64,000 nucleotides of DNA from Mobula hypostoma (Eukaryota): assembly GCF_963921235.1 (NCBI RefSeq), contig NC_086097.1, positions 145,206,001 through 145,270,000 of the forward strand. Reading direction: 5' to 3'. The notes beneath the pieces were generated by a model. It was not told the origin of the DNA. It searched no databases and was given only the letters and a program-made list of their open reading frames with translations. Made by a program: the position numbers and the translations under genes. The number at the start of each line of letters is the position of its first letter. Within the stretch, counting starts at the first letter, position 1. Below are positions 62,614 to 64,000 of the stretch, one piece after another.

Positions 62614-64000
62614 GTTCTTTCTTTCTTTTTAAATCTTTTTATTAATTTTTCAAAATTATAAACTCAATTACAAAGTTGGTACAAAGAGATTGGAAAAATG
62701 TTCATCAGCATATATAAAATGAATTTTAAGTAACATAGATATAAAAGACTTCCAAACTCATAATGAGATTAATCATTAGAAAAAGAAATAAAAAGAAAAA
62801 ATATATATAAACAAACAAAAACCCCAAAAGAAAAAGAGAAAAAAAAACCCAAAAAAAGCAAAACAGGGCTAGACCAACAGCTTGTATCAGACATGTTCAA
62901 TAATGTCGTTAACTCTGTTCCTCTCATCATATAATTTAAGTTTAGAAAAAAGATTCGGAAAGGTCAGATTACATCATATGAAAATGTTGCATAGAAGGTT
63001 TCCAAGTTTCTTCAAATTTAACCAAAGGGTCAAAAATATCACTTCTAATTTTTTCTAAATTTAAACTTAATATGGTTTGAGAAAACCATTAGAATGTTCA
63101 ACAAAATAGATCTTCTCACCATTAAAGTAACAAAAGCTATCATTCGACAGGCTGAAGAAGACAAAGATCTATGTTCTATCACTGGCAATCCGAAGATTCC
63201 CGTAATAGGACGGGGTTTTAAATCGAAGCATAGAACTGTTGAAATAATATCAAAAATGTCTTTCCAATATTCTTCCAAAAGAGGACAGGACCAAACCATA
63301 TGAGTTAAAGAAGCCACTTCAGAGTGACATCTATCACAAGTAGGGTTTATATGGGAATAAAAATGAGCTAGTTTATCTTTGGACATATGAGCTCTGTATA
63401 CTACTTTAAATTGTATTAATGTATGTTTAGCACATATAGAAGAAGTACTAACTAATTGAAAAATTTTTTTCCATTTCTCTATAGGTAGGGAAAGTTGAAG
63501 TTCCCTTTCCCATTCATTTTTGATTTTATCAGATATATCTGGCTGTAATTTCATAATTATATCATAAATTATTGCTATTAATCTCTTCTGCAAAGGATTA
63601 AAACCTAAAATTTTATCAAAAATGCCAGAAGGATTTGAAGTCGGAAAGGTAGGCAACGTAGTATTTAAAAAATTTCTTATTTGTAGGTATCTAAAAAAAT
63701 GGGATCTAGGCAAATCAAATTTCTTGGATGACTGCTCAAAAGACATAAAGCAGTTATCCAGAAATAGATCACGAAAACATACCTTTCATTTTCCATTTCA
63801 AAAATGTTTGGTCCATTACCGAGGGGTGGAAAAAGAAATTAGATATAATAGGGCTTGAGAACATAAATTCATTCAGGCCAAAAAATTTACGAAATTGAAA
63901 CCATATTCGCAATGTGTATTTAACTATAGGGTTGAAAATTTGTTTATTCAATTTGAATAGTGCAAAAGGAAGTGAAGTTCCTAAAATGGAAGCTAAAGAA
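62614..64000 (-). mobile_element. L1-clade LINE 3' portion (runs off the window)
   Basis: FFRYLQIRNF and the C-terminal zinc motif CDRCHSEVASLTHMVWSCP; AATAAA plus A-rich (GAAA)n tail at ~62614-62645. Confidence 0.9.

Noticed and set aside
1..64000. Prokaryotic operon, CRISPR array or retron/defence system
   Set aside because: The genes have spliceosomal GT-AG introns and the repeats are vertebrate TEs. There is no regularly spaced repeat-spacer array, and every RT fragment is from a LINE or LTR element.

Overview
Eukaryotic, repeat-dense vertebrate DNA; the repeat repertoire suggests an elasmobranch, probably a ray (inference only). It holds two host genes arranged head-to-head around a CpG-rich promoter at ~57.4-58.3 kb. 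SNAP47 is on the minus strand with a complete 4-exon CDS (51071-50572, 42653-42157, 39674-39562, 34386-34240; 1257 nt = 418 aa + stop). JMJD4 is on the plus strand with its first two coding exons (58732-58987, 60795-60960); the rest lies beyond the window. The remainder is mostly decayed, often nested, transposable elements: a Gypsy LTR element, a BEL/Pao remnant, many CR1 LINEs, Rex-Babar and L1 fragments, two Tc1 elements, hAT and Tigger derivatives, and several SINEs. The most notable non-gene signals are: Penelope-derived modules carrying minimal hammerhead-ribozyme motifs (one a TSD-flanked foldback), four perfect TGATTGACAG PBX-PREP/MEIS sites in the shared promoter, and a chimeric hAT/Tigger MITE. 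No prokaryotic system or CRISPR array is present, and nothing can be demonstrated as a wholly new system from sequence alone. Repeat boundaries are approximate unless a TSD or TIR is quoted, and family names come from motif recognition, not database searches.
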